Source of the DNA: Candidatus Latescibacterota bacterium
GTDB lineage: Bacteria; Latescibacterota; UBA2968; UBA8231
Reading direction: 5' to 3'
DNA length: 64,000 bases
Assembly (NCBI GenBank): GCA_965215195.1
Contig: CBDCDC010000002.1
Span: 1,280,001 to 1,344,000, forward strand
Shown: positions 37,055-47,613 of the stretch, in pieces
Layout: each line of letters opens with the position of its first letter
Position numbering within the stretch: the first letter of the stretch is position 1
Notes under the pieces: model-generated
Told to the model about the DNA's origin: nothing
Databases searched by the model: none
Seen by the model: the letters and a program-made list of their open reading frames with translations, nothing else
Translations under genes and position numbers: made by a program

Positions 37055-38308
37055 ATGGTTCAGTTTGGGGATCACCTGAAGGCGGCTCGCCTCAAAAGCG
37101 GATTGACCCAAGCCGATGTAGCAAAGCACCTTGGGGTTTCGAAAGGGTACATCTCCCGCCTCGAAAGCGGCAAGGCCCGACCTGCCCAAGCTACAGTCCA
37201 ACGCTTAGCCGAACTCTGCGCGACCGATCCTGATCCGCTCCTCATCTCGGCCGATTACCTGCCCTCCGACCTTCGAGAAATTCTATCGCAGCATCCCGCC
37301 GAGGCATCGGCGGTTCTACGCGGCACCTTTGGGCGTACCACTCACCCGCAAAATGCTCCTCCCGCTGTCGCCGAGTCCCAAGTCCTCTACCAGCCTAGCG
37401 AAGCCTCATATCAGCTCGTCCAAGAGGATTGCTTCGCGTGGATGGAGCATGGCCCCCCCAACAGTGTCCACGCCATCGTCACCGACCCCCCTTACGGCCT
37501 AAAAGAGTACACCACCCAAGAAAAGGACAAACTCCGGCGCGGACGGGGCGGCGTCTGGCGCATCCCCCCAGCTTTAGACGGCTGCGTCCGCCAGCCCCTG
37601 CCTCGGTTTACCGTCCTCAGCAACGGCGACAAGCAGCAGCTTGCTGCATTTTTTAGACAATGGGGCGAGCGGGCCTTGCGAGTGCTCGTGCCGGGGGGGC
37701 ACGTTTTTATTGCCACCAACCCCTTGCTGTCGCACTTGGTCTATGCGGCCCTCGTCGAAAGCGGCTTTGAGAAGCGCGGCGAGATCATCCGCCTAGTACA
37801 GACGCTGCGGGGTGGCGACCGCCCCAAAAATGCACACGACGAATTTGCGGACGTCACCGTCATGCCCCGCTCAGGCTGGGAACCTTGGGGCCTGTTTCGC
37901 AAGCCATGCGAAGGCCGCGTACAGGACAATCTGCGCGAGTGGAAGACGGGCGGACTGAGGCGGATTAGTGCCGAGCGCCCTTTCGGCGACGTCATCCGCA
38001 GTGCGCCCACCCGACCGACAGAACGCGCCATCGCCCCGCATCCCTCGCTCAAGCCGCAGCACTTTATGCGTCAGATCGTGCGTGCGGCCCTGCCGCTGGG
38101 CGAGGGGATCGTGCTCGACCCGTTCATGGGCGGGGGTTCGACTATCGCCGCCGCGTGTGCAGTGGGTTATGAGAGCATTGGCATTGAGAGCGATCCCGCG
38201 TTTTTCGCGATCGCAAAAGCCGCCATTCCGCAATTGGCCACGCTGGAGGTCAACGGAGAGAGCAAGCCGGCACCGACAGCCAACCGCCGCGCCGAATGGA
38301 CGACTTAA
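37055..38308 (+). CDS. XRE-HTH-fused N4/N6 DNA methyltransferase (beta order)
   Basis: LTQADVAKHLGVSKGYISRLESG; TDPPY precedes HPSLKP and DPFMGGGS; GGAGA RBS before ATG 37055. Confidence 0.9.
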   Translation: MVQFGDHLKAARLKSGLTQADVAKHLGVSKGYISRLESGKARPAQATVQRLAELCATDPDPLLISADYLPSDLREILSQHPAEASAVLRGTFGRTTHPQNAPPAVAESQVLYQPSEASYQLVQEDCFAWMEHGPPNSVHAIVTDPPYGLKEYTTQEKDKLRRGRGGVWRIPPALDGCVRQPLPRFTVLSNGDKQQLAAFFRQWGERALRVLVPGGHVFIATNPLLSHLVYAALVESGFEKRGEIIRLVQTLRGGDRPKNAHDEFADVTVMPRSGWEPWGLFRKPCEGRVQDNLREWKTGGLRRISAERPFGDVIRSAPTRPTERAIAPHPSLKPQHFMRQIVRAALPLGEGIVLDPFMGGGSTIAAACAVGYESIGIESDPAFFAIAKAAIPQLATLEVNGESKPAPTANRRAEWTT

Positions 38309-38615
38309 TTTCGATACCCTCGTCGCCCTTTAACACTAAATTCGATGCGTAATGGCCTTTCGGTAGTAGGTCGGGATTGGCCTCCAGCGTTTCAGCAGCG
38401 CGGGCGATATTTTTTACGAGAAACTCGGAGATCATGCCGGACAGAGAGTTGCCCAGCAGTAATTCCTCCAATGGACGGAAGCCGCTGTTTTCGAGAAAGT
38501 CGTTCAACCCGTGAAAAAGCCGGTACGTCTCCGCCACCGCCTGTTCTATTTCTTTGACTTTGAGCGCGTAGGGAAGGACGACGTAGCGGGGATCGAGTTT
38601 GGTCGGCCGCGACAT
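38250..38615 (-). pseudogene. Truncated PD-(D/E)xK restriction endonuclease
   Basis: PDLLP...EGIEIKSS; convergent on the MTase; runs into the MTase antisense strand right after GGW. Confidence 0.6.
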
Positions 38616-38624
38616 AGCTCAGGG

Positions 38625-39131
38625 TCAGCCAGCGGCGACAATATCCCCGTAGGAGCCTTTGACGAGCTGGTCGCTGGTGATTTCCAAGGCCCGCATCAGG
38701 GCCTCAACGCGCTGGTGCGACTCCTCGATGCCCTTTTCTTCGGTAACGGCCTCTAGCTCAACGAACTGGCCGAGGCCCTTTACGTCGTCAAGGTGGATGC
38801 GCACGTTTTCCCACAGCCAGACTTGGCGCGTCTTCTCCACCTCAACCAAGATGCCGTGAATGTTGCTGAGGATGTTGCGCAGGCCCTCGGGGTCTTCGGT
38901 CTTGGCAATCTCGTAGTCGCTGCGCTTGGGGCCGGCTAGGTCCTCGCGCTGGTAGAAAATCAGATGGCCTTCGTCAGTCCCCAACTCGCGCAGCTTGAGC
39001 CGCCCGGGGTCGATGTTGAAATAGGTGTCCTTCTGGTGGAAGGTCCCGGCCAGCCCCGCGCCGAGGGCGTTGAGGTTTTCTTCGGCGCGCTCGACGTCTT
39101 GGTAGTGAGCCTTGATCTCGATATTGGTCAT
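38625..39131 (-). CDS. CYTH-domain protein (class IV adenylate cyclase-like)
   Basis: NIEIKA, QKDTYF, RLKLRE, IHLDDVKGLGQFVELE. Confidence 0.88.
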   Translation of the reverse strand: MTNIEIKAHYQDVERAEENLNALGAGLAGTFHQKDTYFNIDPGRLKLRELGTDEGHLIFYQREDLAGPKRSDYEIAKTEDPEGLRNILSNIHGILVEVEKTRQVWLWENVRIHLDDVKGLGQFVELEAVTEEKGIEESHQRVEALMRALEITSDQLVKGSYGDIVAAG

Positions 39132-39205
39132 GTCGGATGCGTTTGGTTGAATTGCGATGCGATTGATTAAAAGTATAATGAAAGTATAAGATACCCCCAA
39201 TGCGG

Positions 39206-40620
39206 CTACCCTCTGATGAGCATTTCCGAGCGTTTGCTTTTTGACGACGGCACCTTCCCAGACGCCACCTCCTCAATGCGGCTGACCACCTCCTCGGCAT
39301 CGAAGACATGGTCGACGCGGCCGTCCATCCGGCCGTCTGGACCCACCAAAAAATAGGAGGGTATGCCCCGAACTTGGTACAACTGAGCCACGGCCGCCTG
39401 CCTGCCGCCTCGGGCGTGGACGTGGACGCCGGTCAGGCCGTGTTTATCGACCGCTTGGTGCCACTCGTCGGCGGGGTCCAAAGAGATGTTCAAAAAGACC
39501 ACCTGCTGGTCTCGGGTCCGCTGTTTGATCTCTTCTAGATAGGGTACTGCCTCAATGCAAGGGCCGCACCAACTCGCCCAAAAGTCCAAGAAAACTGCCT
39601 GACCTTTGAAATCGCGCAGGGAGACGCTTTGGCCTTGGAGATCGTCGAGGGTGAAGTCGGGCGCGGGCTGGCCGGGTTTGAGCTTGGATGCTTGTCGCAC
39701 GACTTCCTCGACGACCTCGGTGTATGCGGGATAGGGGTTGTCCTGGAGGAATTCGGTTAGGCGTTGTTCACCTTGGTCAAAACGGCCCTGTTGGAAGTCG
39801 TCGATGATTTCCCCGGCAAGAAAGAAGTACAGGACTTTGCCGTGCAAGAGCCGCTTGGCCAGGGGATAGATGATATGGTGTGGGGTTGGATACCGTCTCG
39901 GCGTTGCTCCTCGGATAGTTGCTCCCGTTCGGCTCGCTCCTCGGCTTCGTCTTCTATACGCCAGAAATTGCGCTCCAGAAAGGTGCGGTAATCGAATGTG
40001 CCGATAGCCGCTTCGTCAACCAGTTCAACTTGATCGAGGGCATCGTGATAGTCCGCGGGGAGGTCGTCATTCCTGTTTCCATTGGCGAACATGTAGTCAG
40101 TGGGATAGGAGACCACGAGATTGGCCCATTCATAGGTGATTTCAGCGCGGTAGTGGGCGATAAAGCCCGGGGTGAGTTGGTACTGGCTGCATCCCTCGTC
40201 CAGAAAGCGAGTCATTTCCAAGCGTCGCTGGTCGATCATTTTGAGAAAGACATCAACCTCCAAGTCTTTGTAGTCGATGCGCAGGTAATCGGGGAAGCGG
40301 GACCGCAGGGCGGCGAGGAACTGATTGTTGGCCGCGCCCCGGCCGGAAAAGTGGAGGGACTGGGGATCGAGCAAGTCCGCGTCAATGTGCAATTGGTCGC
40401 CCGGTTCCAAGAAGAGCTTGATCTCGCGCTGGGGGCCGACCGAAACCATTTGCGCTTCCGTAAACGGCAGTTCCACTGCGAGGCAACCCTTTTCGTCGAG
40501 AGGGACTTCGACGGTGACGGGCGTATGGTAGATGGGCGTTTGCTGGTAGTCGAAGGCGATGCTGCGGAGTTCCAACGCATTGGCTAGCGCGGCGGTGACG
40601 CGGGTGGCAAGCGAGGGCAT
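39206..40620 (-). pseudogene. Large TlpA-family redoxin split by a frameshift near 39895
   Basis: EEQRR frame switches to RYPTPHHIIYPLAKRLLHGK; C-terminal FWASWCGPC. Confidence 0.7.
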
Positions 40621-40669
40621 GGAATATCTCCTCTCGTATATTAATTTTGAACGATTGAATGCTTGAGCA

Positions 40670-40692
40670 GGCTAACGATCGTTATTCCCTAC
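40670..40692 (-). repeat. GTAG-type REP palindrome
   Basis: GTAGGGAATAACGATCGTTAGCC; identical at 41735-41757, 19-nt match at 6204-6222. Confidence 0.7.
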
Positions 40693-40732
40693 TATCTTGC
40701 GGCCCGCTCCTGAATACAGCAAAGTATAGCCC

Positions 40733-41707
40733 ATGAAAGCCATAACCGTAGCCAACGACGCGGATCACTCGCTCTGCTGGCAAGAAGTCCCAGACCCCAC
40801 CTGCGGCCCGGGCGAAGTTCTCGTCGATATACGTGCCACAGCCGTCAATCGCGCCGATCTGCTCCAGCGCGCCGGCCACTACCCGCCGCCCCCGGGTGCG
40901 TCCCCCTACATGGGCTTGGAAATGGCGGGCGTGGTCGCCGCCACGGGCGCGGCCGTAACGCAGTGGCGGCCCGGCGACCGCGTCCTCGGCCTGCTCTCCG
41001 GCGGCGGGTACGCCGAGCGCGTGGCCGTTCCCGCCACCCATTTGCTGCCCCTGCCCGGCGACCGCGACTTCACTTGGGGGGCGGCCATCTGCGAGGTCTT
41101 TCTCACCGCTTTTGTCAACCTGTTCGGCGAAGCCGGCCTGCGCACCGGCGAGACCGCCCTCATCCACGGCGGGGCCAGCGGCGTCGGCACGGCCGCTGTG
41201 CAGTTGTGCTGTCAAGCCGACGCCAAGGCGATCGTCACGGCCGGCACGGACGACAAGGTGGCGCGCTGCCTAGGGCTGGGCGCGGAGTTTGGGGTCAACT
41301 ACAAGGAGCGGGACTTTGCCGAGGCCATTCTCGCCCACACCGACGGGGTCGATGTGATCCTCGACATCGCTGGGGCCGCCTACTTGGCGCACAATGTGCG
41401 GCTGCTCAAGTCCGGGGGCCGCCTCGTAATCATCGCCGTCCTGACCGGGGCCGAGGCCCAGATCGACCTCTTGGAATTCCAGAGAAAGCGGCTGCGTCTG
41501 ATCGGCTCGGTTTTGCGCAGCCGCTCGGACGCGGAGAAAACCGCGATCGTCGCGGCCTTCAAAGAGCGCTTCTGGCCGCTGCTCATCGACGGGCGCATGC
41601 GACCTGTGATCGAGGACGTGCTGCCCATTGAGCGCACAGCCGACGCCCAAGACATCCTGCGGCAAAACCGCAACATCGGCAAGGTCGTCCTGCAAGTGCG
41701 GAATTGA
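40733..41707 (+). CDS. NAD(P)H-quinone oxidoreductase (PIG3-like)
   Basis: NRADLLQRAGHYPPP, HGGASGVG, GSVLRSR. Confidence 0.92.
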   Translation: MKAITVANDADHSLCWQEVPDPTCGPGEVLVDIRATAVNRADLLQRAGHYPPPPGASPYMGLEMAGVVAATGAAVTQWRPGDRVLGLLSGGGYAERVAVPATHLLPLPGDRDFTWGAAICEVFLTAFVNLFGEAGLRTGETALIHGGASGVGTAAVQLCCQADAKAIVTAGTDDKVARCLGLGAEFGVNYKERDFAEAILAHTDGVDVILDIAGAAYLAHNVRLLKSGGRLVIIAVLTGAEAQIDLLEFQRKRLRLIGSVLRSRSDAEKTAIVAAFKERFWPLLIDGRMRPVIEDVLPIERTADAQDILRQNRNIGKVVLQVRN

Positions 41708-41734
41708 GAATTGGGAACTGGCGTTACGCCCGGG

Positions 41735-41757
41735 GGCTAACGATCGTTATTCCCTAC
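41735..41757 (-). repeat. GTAG-type REP palindrome
   Basis: Identical to 40670-40692. Confidence 0.7.
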
Positions 41758-41799
41758 AAAGACGCACAAGGAGCACCAATTGAGAATTAGGAGTGTTCT

Positions 41800-42849
41800 A
41801 TGAGTACTCGTTATCGGCACGTTGAAGTGAGCGGTCCGCCGCGCGAGATGGGACGCCAGATTGGGGAGGCTGCCCGCGAGGAAATTCGCGGTTTTGCCGC
41901 CATTGCCCTAGCGCGCGTCAACAAGACCGTGCGCGTCTCGCACGCCCGCGCCATGGACATAAGCCGCCGGAGCATGGATTGCGCGGCCGCGTACGCGCCC
42001 GACATGCTCGACGAGTTGCGCGGCATGAGCGAGGGCGCGGGCGTCGCGCTCGACGAGCTGATGCTGTTGCAGGTGCGCAACCAGCTTTGCCCGGACGAGG
42101 ACGCGGCCTGCACGGCCTTTGCCGTCGCCCCCCAGCGCAGCGCCGAGGGCCGGGCGATTGCCGCGCAGAACTGGGACAACGACCCGGCGCTGGACCCCTT
42201 CACAATCGCGCTGACGCGCCGCCCAGCAGGCAAGCCCGCGCTGATGAACATTACCCAAGCCGGCCTCATCGCGTACATCGGCTGCAACGACGCTGGCATG
42301 GGCGTCTGCATGAACACCCTGCCGGCCCCCAGCCGCCCGGTCGGCGTCCCACACTACTTTGCCGTGCGCGCCATCTACGAACAGACCTCGCTCAGCGGCG
42401 CGGTCGCAGCGGTGCGCCGGGCCGACCGCGCCATTCCCGGCAACATCCTCCTCGCCACCCCGCAGGGGCCGGCCGATCTCGAACTCACCTTGGGCCGCGT
42501 CCACGTCTTGCGCGACCCCGAGCTCGTGGTCCACACCAACCACTGCCTGCACCCGGAACTCGCGCCGATCAACCGCGAATTTCCCGAGCTGATTGAGTCT
42601 GGCCCGCGCCAACGCCGCATCGAACAGTTGCTCGGCCCCGAGCGCCTCGTGAGCATGGCGCAGGTGCAAGAGGCCCTGCGCGACCACGACCGGCATCCGC
42701 ACTCCATCTGCCGCCACGTCAACGACCACCCGCAGACCGGCTTTTGGGCGAGCGTGTTTTCAGTGGTGATCGAGGCCGACCAAGGCCGCATGCACATCAG
42801 TCGCGGCAACCCCTGCGCGGCCCCGTACGAAACGTATTCCCTCAACTGA
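41800..42849 (+). CDS. C45 family autoproteolytic acyltransferase/hydrolase
   Basis: A-CTAF cleavage site, AQNWD, HTNH. Confidence 0.88.
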   Translation: MSTRYRHVEVSGPPREMGRQIGEAAREEIRGFAAIALARVNKTVRVSHARAMDISRRSMDCAAAYAPDMLDELRGMSEGAGVALDELMLLQVRNQLCPDEDAACTAFAVAPQRSAEGRAIAAQNWDNDPALDPFTIALTRRPAGKPALMNITQAGLIAYIGCNDAGMGVCMNTLPAPSRPVGVPHYFAVRAIYEQTSLSGAVAAVRRADRAIPGNILLATPQGPADLELTLGRVHVLRDPELVVHTNHCLHPELAPINREFPELIESGPRQRRIEQLLGPERLVSMAQVQEALRDHDRHPHSICRHVNDHPQTGFWASVFSVVIEADQGRMHISRGNPCAAPYETYSLN

Positions 42850-42860
42850 CAGGAGGCGCT

Positions 42861-44309
42861 ATGGGCACCCTGCACGGCACGATTGTCGACGAAGTCTCCG
42901 GCGAGCCGCTCGACGCCAAAGTTCACGTACTCACGGCTTCGGGCACCTTTTCCCACCCGCCGAACTCCGTGCTCAAGCGCGGCCCGGGTACGCGGTTTTT
43001 CTTTTGCGATGGCGCGTTTGCCGTCGAGAGCAGCCGCGGGCGCACGGATGTGCTCGTCGAGCGCGGCACCGAGTACGAACCCTATCGCACGACCGTTGAG
43101 CTGCCGGCCAAGGGCCGCGTTGAGTTGGAGATTCGGCTGCGCCGCTGGTATCGCCCCCAAGAGGAGGCTTGGTATCCGGGCAACACGCACATCCACTACG
43201 ACGAAAGGGAGACCCGGCCCGACGAGCGGCTGGGGATTGATTGCAGCGTCGAGGGGTACAACGTCACCTGCGTCAGCGTCCTCGACCGCCGCCAACTGCC
43301 CTACGCATCCAACAAGTATCCCATTGGCGTGATGAACGAGTTTACGACCGCCCATCACGTCCTCGACATCGGCGAGGAAAATCGCCACTACGGAGACAAC
43401 TCGCCGTGGGGATTTGGCTACGGCCACGTGATGTTGCTCAACATCCGCAATCTCGTGCAGCCCGTCAGCCGCGGCCACACCCTCGCCGGGCAATTCGACC
43501 CGGACTACCCGCCCTTGTGCTTTTGCTGCGACGACGCCCGCGAGCAGGGCGGCTTGGTCATCTGGTGCCACAACGGCCGCGGCATGGAGGCCCCGGTGGC
43601 CGCAGCCCTCGGCAAGCTCGACGCCTTCAACCTGTTCGACCCCTTTTGGATGGACCCGGAATACGACCTCTGGTACAAGCTCCTCAACTGCGGCCTGCGG
43701 CTGCCGGCCTCAACCGGCACGGACTGGTTCGTCTGCTCCAACAACCGCGTGTACGTCCAAGTGGATGGGGAATTTTCGTACGCACGCTGGATCGAGGGTA
43801 TGAAGCAGGGGCGGACCTTCATAACCAACGGCCCGGCCCTTCAGCTCGCACTCAACGGACATCCCATGGGCGAGACCGTGGAATGCGGGAGCGGCACCGA
43901 GCTAGAGGCCGAAGTGACCTTTAGCTCGTTTTACCCGATTGAGCGCGTCGAGTTGGTGGTCAACGGCGCGGTCGTGCAGGGCTGGGAATGGCCGGCTGGC
44001 CGGCGCGAGGGCGCGTTGCGCCACGGCTTCCGGGCCGAGCGCGATGGCTGGGTTGCCGCCCGCCTGTGGGGCGACTCGCGCGACAGCTTCGACCAGTCCA
44101 TTTACGCGCATTCGAGCCCGAGCTATTTCCGCTGCGGCGCACCACCGGCCGAGCGCGCGGCGGACGCTACCTTCTTCCTCCGCTCAATTGACGAATCGCT
44201 CAAGTGGATCGGCACCTATGGCCGCTACAACAACGACCAGCAGCGCGAGGACGTGCGGGAACTGTTCAGGAGGGGGCGCGCGGTGTACGCGAGAATCGGG
44301 AATTCGTAA
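42861..44309 (+). CDS. CehA/McbA family PHP-like metallohydrolase
   Basis: GNTHIH, GHV, WYKLLNCG, TGTD, TNGP. Confidence 0.8.
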   Translation: MGTLHGTIVDEVSGEPLDAKVHVLTASGTFSHPPNSVLKRGPGTRFFFCDGAFAVESSRGRTDVLVERGTEYEPYRTTVELPAKGRVELEIRLRRWYRPQEEAWYPGNTHIHYDERETRPDERLGIDCSVEGYNVTCVSVLDRRQLPYASNKYPIGVMNEFTTAHHVLDIGEENRHYGDNSPWGFGYGHVMLLNIRNLVQPVSRGHTLAGQFDPDYPPLCFCCDDAREQGGLVIWCHNGRGMEAPVAAALGKLDAFNLFDPFWMDPEYDLWYKLLNCGLRLPASTGTDWFVCSNNRVYVQVDGEFSYARWIEGMKQGRTFITNGPALQLALNGHPMGETVECGSGTELEAEVTFSSFYPIERVELVVNGAVVQGWEWPAGRREGALRHGFRAERDGWVAARLWGDSRDSFDQSIYAHSSPSYFRCGAPPAERAADATFFLRSIDESLKWIGTYGRYNNDQQREDVRELFRRGRAVYARIGNS

Positions 44310-44315
44310 TTCACA

Positions 44316-45134
44316 ATGCAATCCCTCTTAACTCACTACTCCATCCGCCCCAAGAAAAATCGCGGCCAAAATTTTCTCACCGACACTGCCGTCCTGCGCC
44401 GAGAAGTGGCTTGCGCCGACATCACGGCCGGCGATACAGTGCTGGAGATCGGGGCCGGAATCGGCAATCTGACGCAGTTGCTGCTGGAGCGAGCCGGGCG
44501 GGTCGTGGCGGTGGAGCAAGACCGCCAGTTCGCCCGCTGCCTCAAGGAATTGCAGCGGCGGTACGGGCACCTTGAAGTGGTGTGGGGCGATGCGTTGAGC
44601 GTGGATTTTCCGCGCTTTGACAAGGCGGTGGCCAACCTGCCGTATCAAGTGGCCCTGCCGATTGTGTTCAAGCTGCTAAACCAGCGATTCGAGTGGGCCG
44701 TGCTCATGCTGCCCAAGCGGCTGGCCCAGCGGCTGTGCGCCACCGTCGGGCAAAAAGGCTACTGTCGGCTAGGAGTCGCCGTTGGGCGGCTGGCCCAAGT
44801 AGAGTGGATCGAGCAGGTGGGCAAAGACGCCTTTTTCCCCCGCCCCAAAGTCGAGAGCGCACTCGTGCTCGTCAAACGCACCAAGCCCAAGTTCGCCGTG
44901 CCGTCCGAAGATTTCTTTAGGCAGGTCTTGGAAAATCTCTTTGCCCGCCGCCAAGAGCAAGTCCAGCAGATCGTACCCACAGCCACCCTCGCCGGTCTAA
45001 GCAAGAAGATCAAAAATAAACCTGTGTACACCGTCACGCCGCGTGAGTTCGGCGAAATCACCCGCGTCTTGTGGGCGAGGAATTCGCAATTTCGCTCAGT
45101 ACACGACCTCTCCTGTGGGTGCGTTCGCGCCTGA
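44316..45134 (+). CDS. rsmA: 16S rRNA adenine dimethyltransferase
   Basis: GQNFL, LEIGAGIG, ANLPY, FFPRPKVES; 3' end runs into repeat DNA. Confidence 0.85.
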   Translation: MQSLLTHYSIRPKKNRGQNFLTDTAVLRREVACADITAGDTVLEIGAGIGNLTQLLLERAGRVVAVEQDRQFARCLKELQRRYGHLEVVWGDALSVDFPRFDKAVANLPYQVALPIVFKLLNQRFEWAVLMLPKRLAQRLCATVGQKGYCRLGVAVGRLAQVEWIEQVGKDAFFPRPKVESALVLVKRTKPKFAVPSEDFFRQVLENLFARRQEQVQQIVPTATLAGLSKKIKNKPVYTVTPREFGEITRVLWARNSQFRSVHDLSCGCVRA

Positions 45135-45223
45135 CGGTAGGACGCCGTTGAATGCGAAATAACCTTCTGTTGGCCGGCAAGCTGCCCGCGCACCCGGCGG
45201 AAACCTTCGCGTCGTGTACTAAG
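45095..45223. mobile_element. MITE with family-A ends but a different interior
   Basis: TIR ctcagtacacgac / gtcgtgtactaag; no TSD visible. Confidence 0.7.
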
Positions 45224-45394
45224 AAGCTGTCTGAAAACTAGGGTTTCGCTCTCGGCCTTGACTCCAAGCCGCTGGCATCAAGGGCGTCTCGCCCGCGAAA
45301 AACGCCGGACGCCGAGGCCGCTGGACCGCCTTGCAAAGCAGCCCGACAGGGGTTTGTCACGCCTAAAGGCGCGGTGAAGCAGACGGCTTCTAAG
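45220..45394. mobile_element. MITE family B
   Basis: TIR agaagctgtctg / cagacggcttct with CTAAG at both ends; homologous to 9585-9860. Confidence 0.7.
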
Positions 45395-45416
45395 GAAATT
45401 TCGCAATTCCCAATTC

Positions 45417-46352
45417 TCAATGCGCCAAAAACCGCTCGGCCTCAATTGCCGCCATACACCCGGTGCCGGCCGCGGTGACGGCTTGTCGGTACACCGAGTC
45501 CTGCACGTCGCCGCAGGCAAAAACCCCGGGGATGGCGGTGGCGGTCGAATCCGGCTCGGTGCGGATGTAGCCCTGCTCGTTCATGGCCAACGCGCCGTTG
45601 AAAAGCTCGGAGTTGGGCACGTGGCCGATGGCGACGAAGACGCCGTCGCAGGGGAATTCTCGCGTCCGGCTGGTGTGGGTGTCGCGCAGCAGCACCCCGC
45701 GCACGGCTAGCTCGCCATCGGCTTGCAAAATCTCGGCGATTGTGGCGTTGACCGCGAAGTCGATCTTGTCGTTGTCCTGGGCGCGCTTGAGCATGATTTT
45801 GGAGGCGCGAAACTCCTCGCGGCGGTGGACGATGGTGACCTTGGAGGCGAATTTCGTCAGGTAGGTCCCTTCCTCCATGGCCGAGTCGCCGCCGCCGACG
45901 ACGACTAGCTCCTTGTCGCGAAAGAAAAAGCCGTCGCAGGTGGCGCAGGCCGAGACTCCGTGCCCCATGAGCCGCGCCTCGGACTCTAGGCCGAGGAGGC
46001 GCGCCGACGCGCCAGTGGCGATGATCAGCGCATCGCAGGTGTAGGAGGAGGCGTCGCCTTTGACTGCAAAGGGCCGCTTGGACAAATCGACTGCGGCGAC
46101 CGTCTCGAACTGGCACACGGCACCAAAACGCTGTGCCTGCTGGCGCATCAGATCGACCAGTTCGGGTCCCATGATGCCGTCGGGGAAGCCTGGGTAGTTT
46201 TCTACGTCCGTGGTAATGGTTAGCTGGCCGCCCGGCTGCAAGCCCTCTAGGACGAGCGGGGCTAGGTCGGCTCTGGCCGCGTACAGGGCGGCGGTCAGCC
46301 CGGCCGGCCCCGAGCCGACGATTACTACCTTGTAGTGGTGATTCGCGCTCAT
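45417..46352 (-). CDS. trxB: Thioredoxin-disulfide reductase
   Basis: [31 protein letters not shown]. Confidence 0.95.
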   Translation of the reverse strand: MSANHHYKVVIVGSGPAGLTAALYAARADLAPLVLEGLQPGGQLTITTDVENYPGFPDGIMGPELVDLMRQQAQRFGAVCQFETVAAVDLSKRPFAVKGDASSYTCDALIIATGASARLLGLESEARLMGHGVSACATCDGFFFRDKELVVVGGGDSAMEEGTYLTKFASKVTIVHRREEFRASKIMLKRAQDNDKIDFAVNATIAEILQADGELAVRGVLLRDTHTSRTREFPCDGVFVAIGHVPNSELFNGALAMNEQGYIRTEPDSTATAIPGVFACGDVQDSVYRQAVTAAGTGCMAAIEAERFLAH

Positions 46353-46363
46353 TGTGCTCCTTT

Positions 46364-47320
46364 TTAGACGATGCGGCTCAAAAGTTCTCGGCCCTCCAAC
46401 CCAGCCAGCAGGTTGCCCACCGAGCACTCGGCCATGACTTGGCGCGTCTGGTGGGTCGCGCTGCCTAGATGGGGTATGACGACGAGGTTGTCCAGCGCTA
46501 GGAGGGGGTGGTCGCGGGGCAAGGGTTCGGGTTCGGTTACGTCGAGGGCGGCGGCGTGGAGGCCGCCACTTTGCAGGGTTTCCAACAGGGCGTCGTGATC
46601 GACGACGCCCCCGCGTGCGGCATTGACCAGCACGGCCGACTGCTTCATCAGGCCCAACTCGCGCCGGCCAATCATGCCCCGCGTCTGTTCGGTCAGTGGC
46701 ATGTTCAAGGTCAAGAAATCCGCTTGCTGGAGCAGCTCGTCCAGCCCGACGTAGTGCGCTCCGAGGTCGGCTTCGGCCTTGGGGTTGCGACGGCGGTTGT
46801 GGTACAAGATGGTCATGTCAAAGGCCAGCGCACGGCGCGCTACTTGGTAGCCGATGCTGCCCAGCCCGATGATCCCGAGGACTTGGTGGTGGACCTCCTG
46901 CCCCAACATGAAGCTCGGATCGTAAGCCACAAAGTCCGGGCCGCGGGCAAAGCGGTCGCCTTGGATGAGGTTGCGCGCCGCGGCCAAGAGGAGGGCGAAG
47001 GTCATATCGGCCGTTGCGCCGTCGAGGACGTTGGGCGTGTTGCCTACGGGGATGCCGCGCTCTTGGGCGGCTTGGAGGTCGATGTGATCGACGCCGACGC
47101 CGTAGTTGCTGATGACGCGGAGGGCGGGCATGAGATCCATGTATGCGGCTGTGAAGGCGTAGTGCCCGTAGTTGTACACGCCTTCGATGGTGCGGAGGAG
47201 CTCGGCCGGGGGCTGTGGGTGCAGCGGATTCCAGCGCGCGATCTCGGCGCGTTCCTCGATCATGGGAATGATGGTGTAATACGGTTCGATTTCCGAGCGG
47301 ATTAGGACTTTGTAGGGCAT
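46364..47320 (-). CDS. D-2-hydroxyacid dehydrogenase (glyoxylate reductase-like)
   Basis: [34 protein letters not shown]. Confidence 0.92.
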   Translation of the reverse strand: MPYKVLIRSEIEPYYTIIPMIEERAEIARWNPLHPQPPAELLRTIEGVYNYGHYAFTAAYMDLMPALRVISNYGVGVDHIDLQAAQERGIPVGNTPNVLDGATADMTFALLLAAARNLIQGDRFARGPDFVAYDPSFMLGQEVHHQVLGIIGLGSIGYQVARRALAFDMTILYHNRRRNPKAEADLGAHYVGLDELLQQADFLTLNMPLTEQTRGMIGRRELGLMKQSAVLVNAARGGVVDHDALLETLQSGGLHAAALDVTEPEPLPRDHPLLALDNLVVIPHLGSATHQTRQVMAECSVGNLLAGLEGRELLSRIV

Positions 47321-47364
47321 TTTTGCTCTCGAATAGAGTGAAAAACAACTATCCACATCAGCTT

Positions 47365-47613
47365 CTAAGCTCCAAATAGCTGTTGACGCAACTCAGATTG
47401 GCTGATTTCCAGATACGCGGCAACCCTCGATAAAATCACGTGCAACGTGCCAACTTTTAGCTGGCTATGCCGCGGGATTGATACGTGATGTTCCGGCCCT
47501 TTTATGCTGGTAACTAGCCGTATATGGCTACCCCTCTGCCGGACGACCCGATACGCATAGCGACGATGCAGTAGCCGGATCAGTTCATCACCGGATATAT
47601 CCCTCGGCATCAT
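47365..47613 (-). CDS. hicA: HicA family toxin
   Basis: RQRGSHIRL, IPRH..LKVGTL; appears intact. Confidence 0.88.
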   Translation of the reverse strand: MMPRDISGDELIRLLHRRYAYRVVRQRGSHIRLVTSIKGPEHHVSIPRHSQLKVGTLHVILSRVAAYLEISQSELRQQLFGA

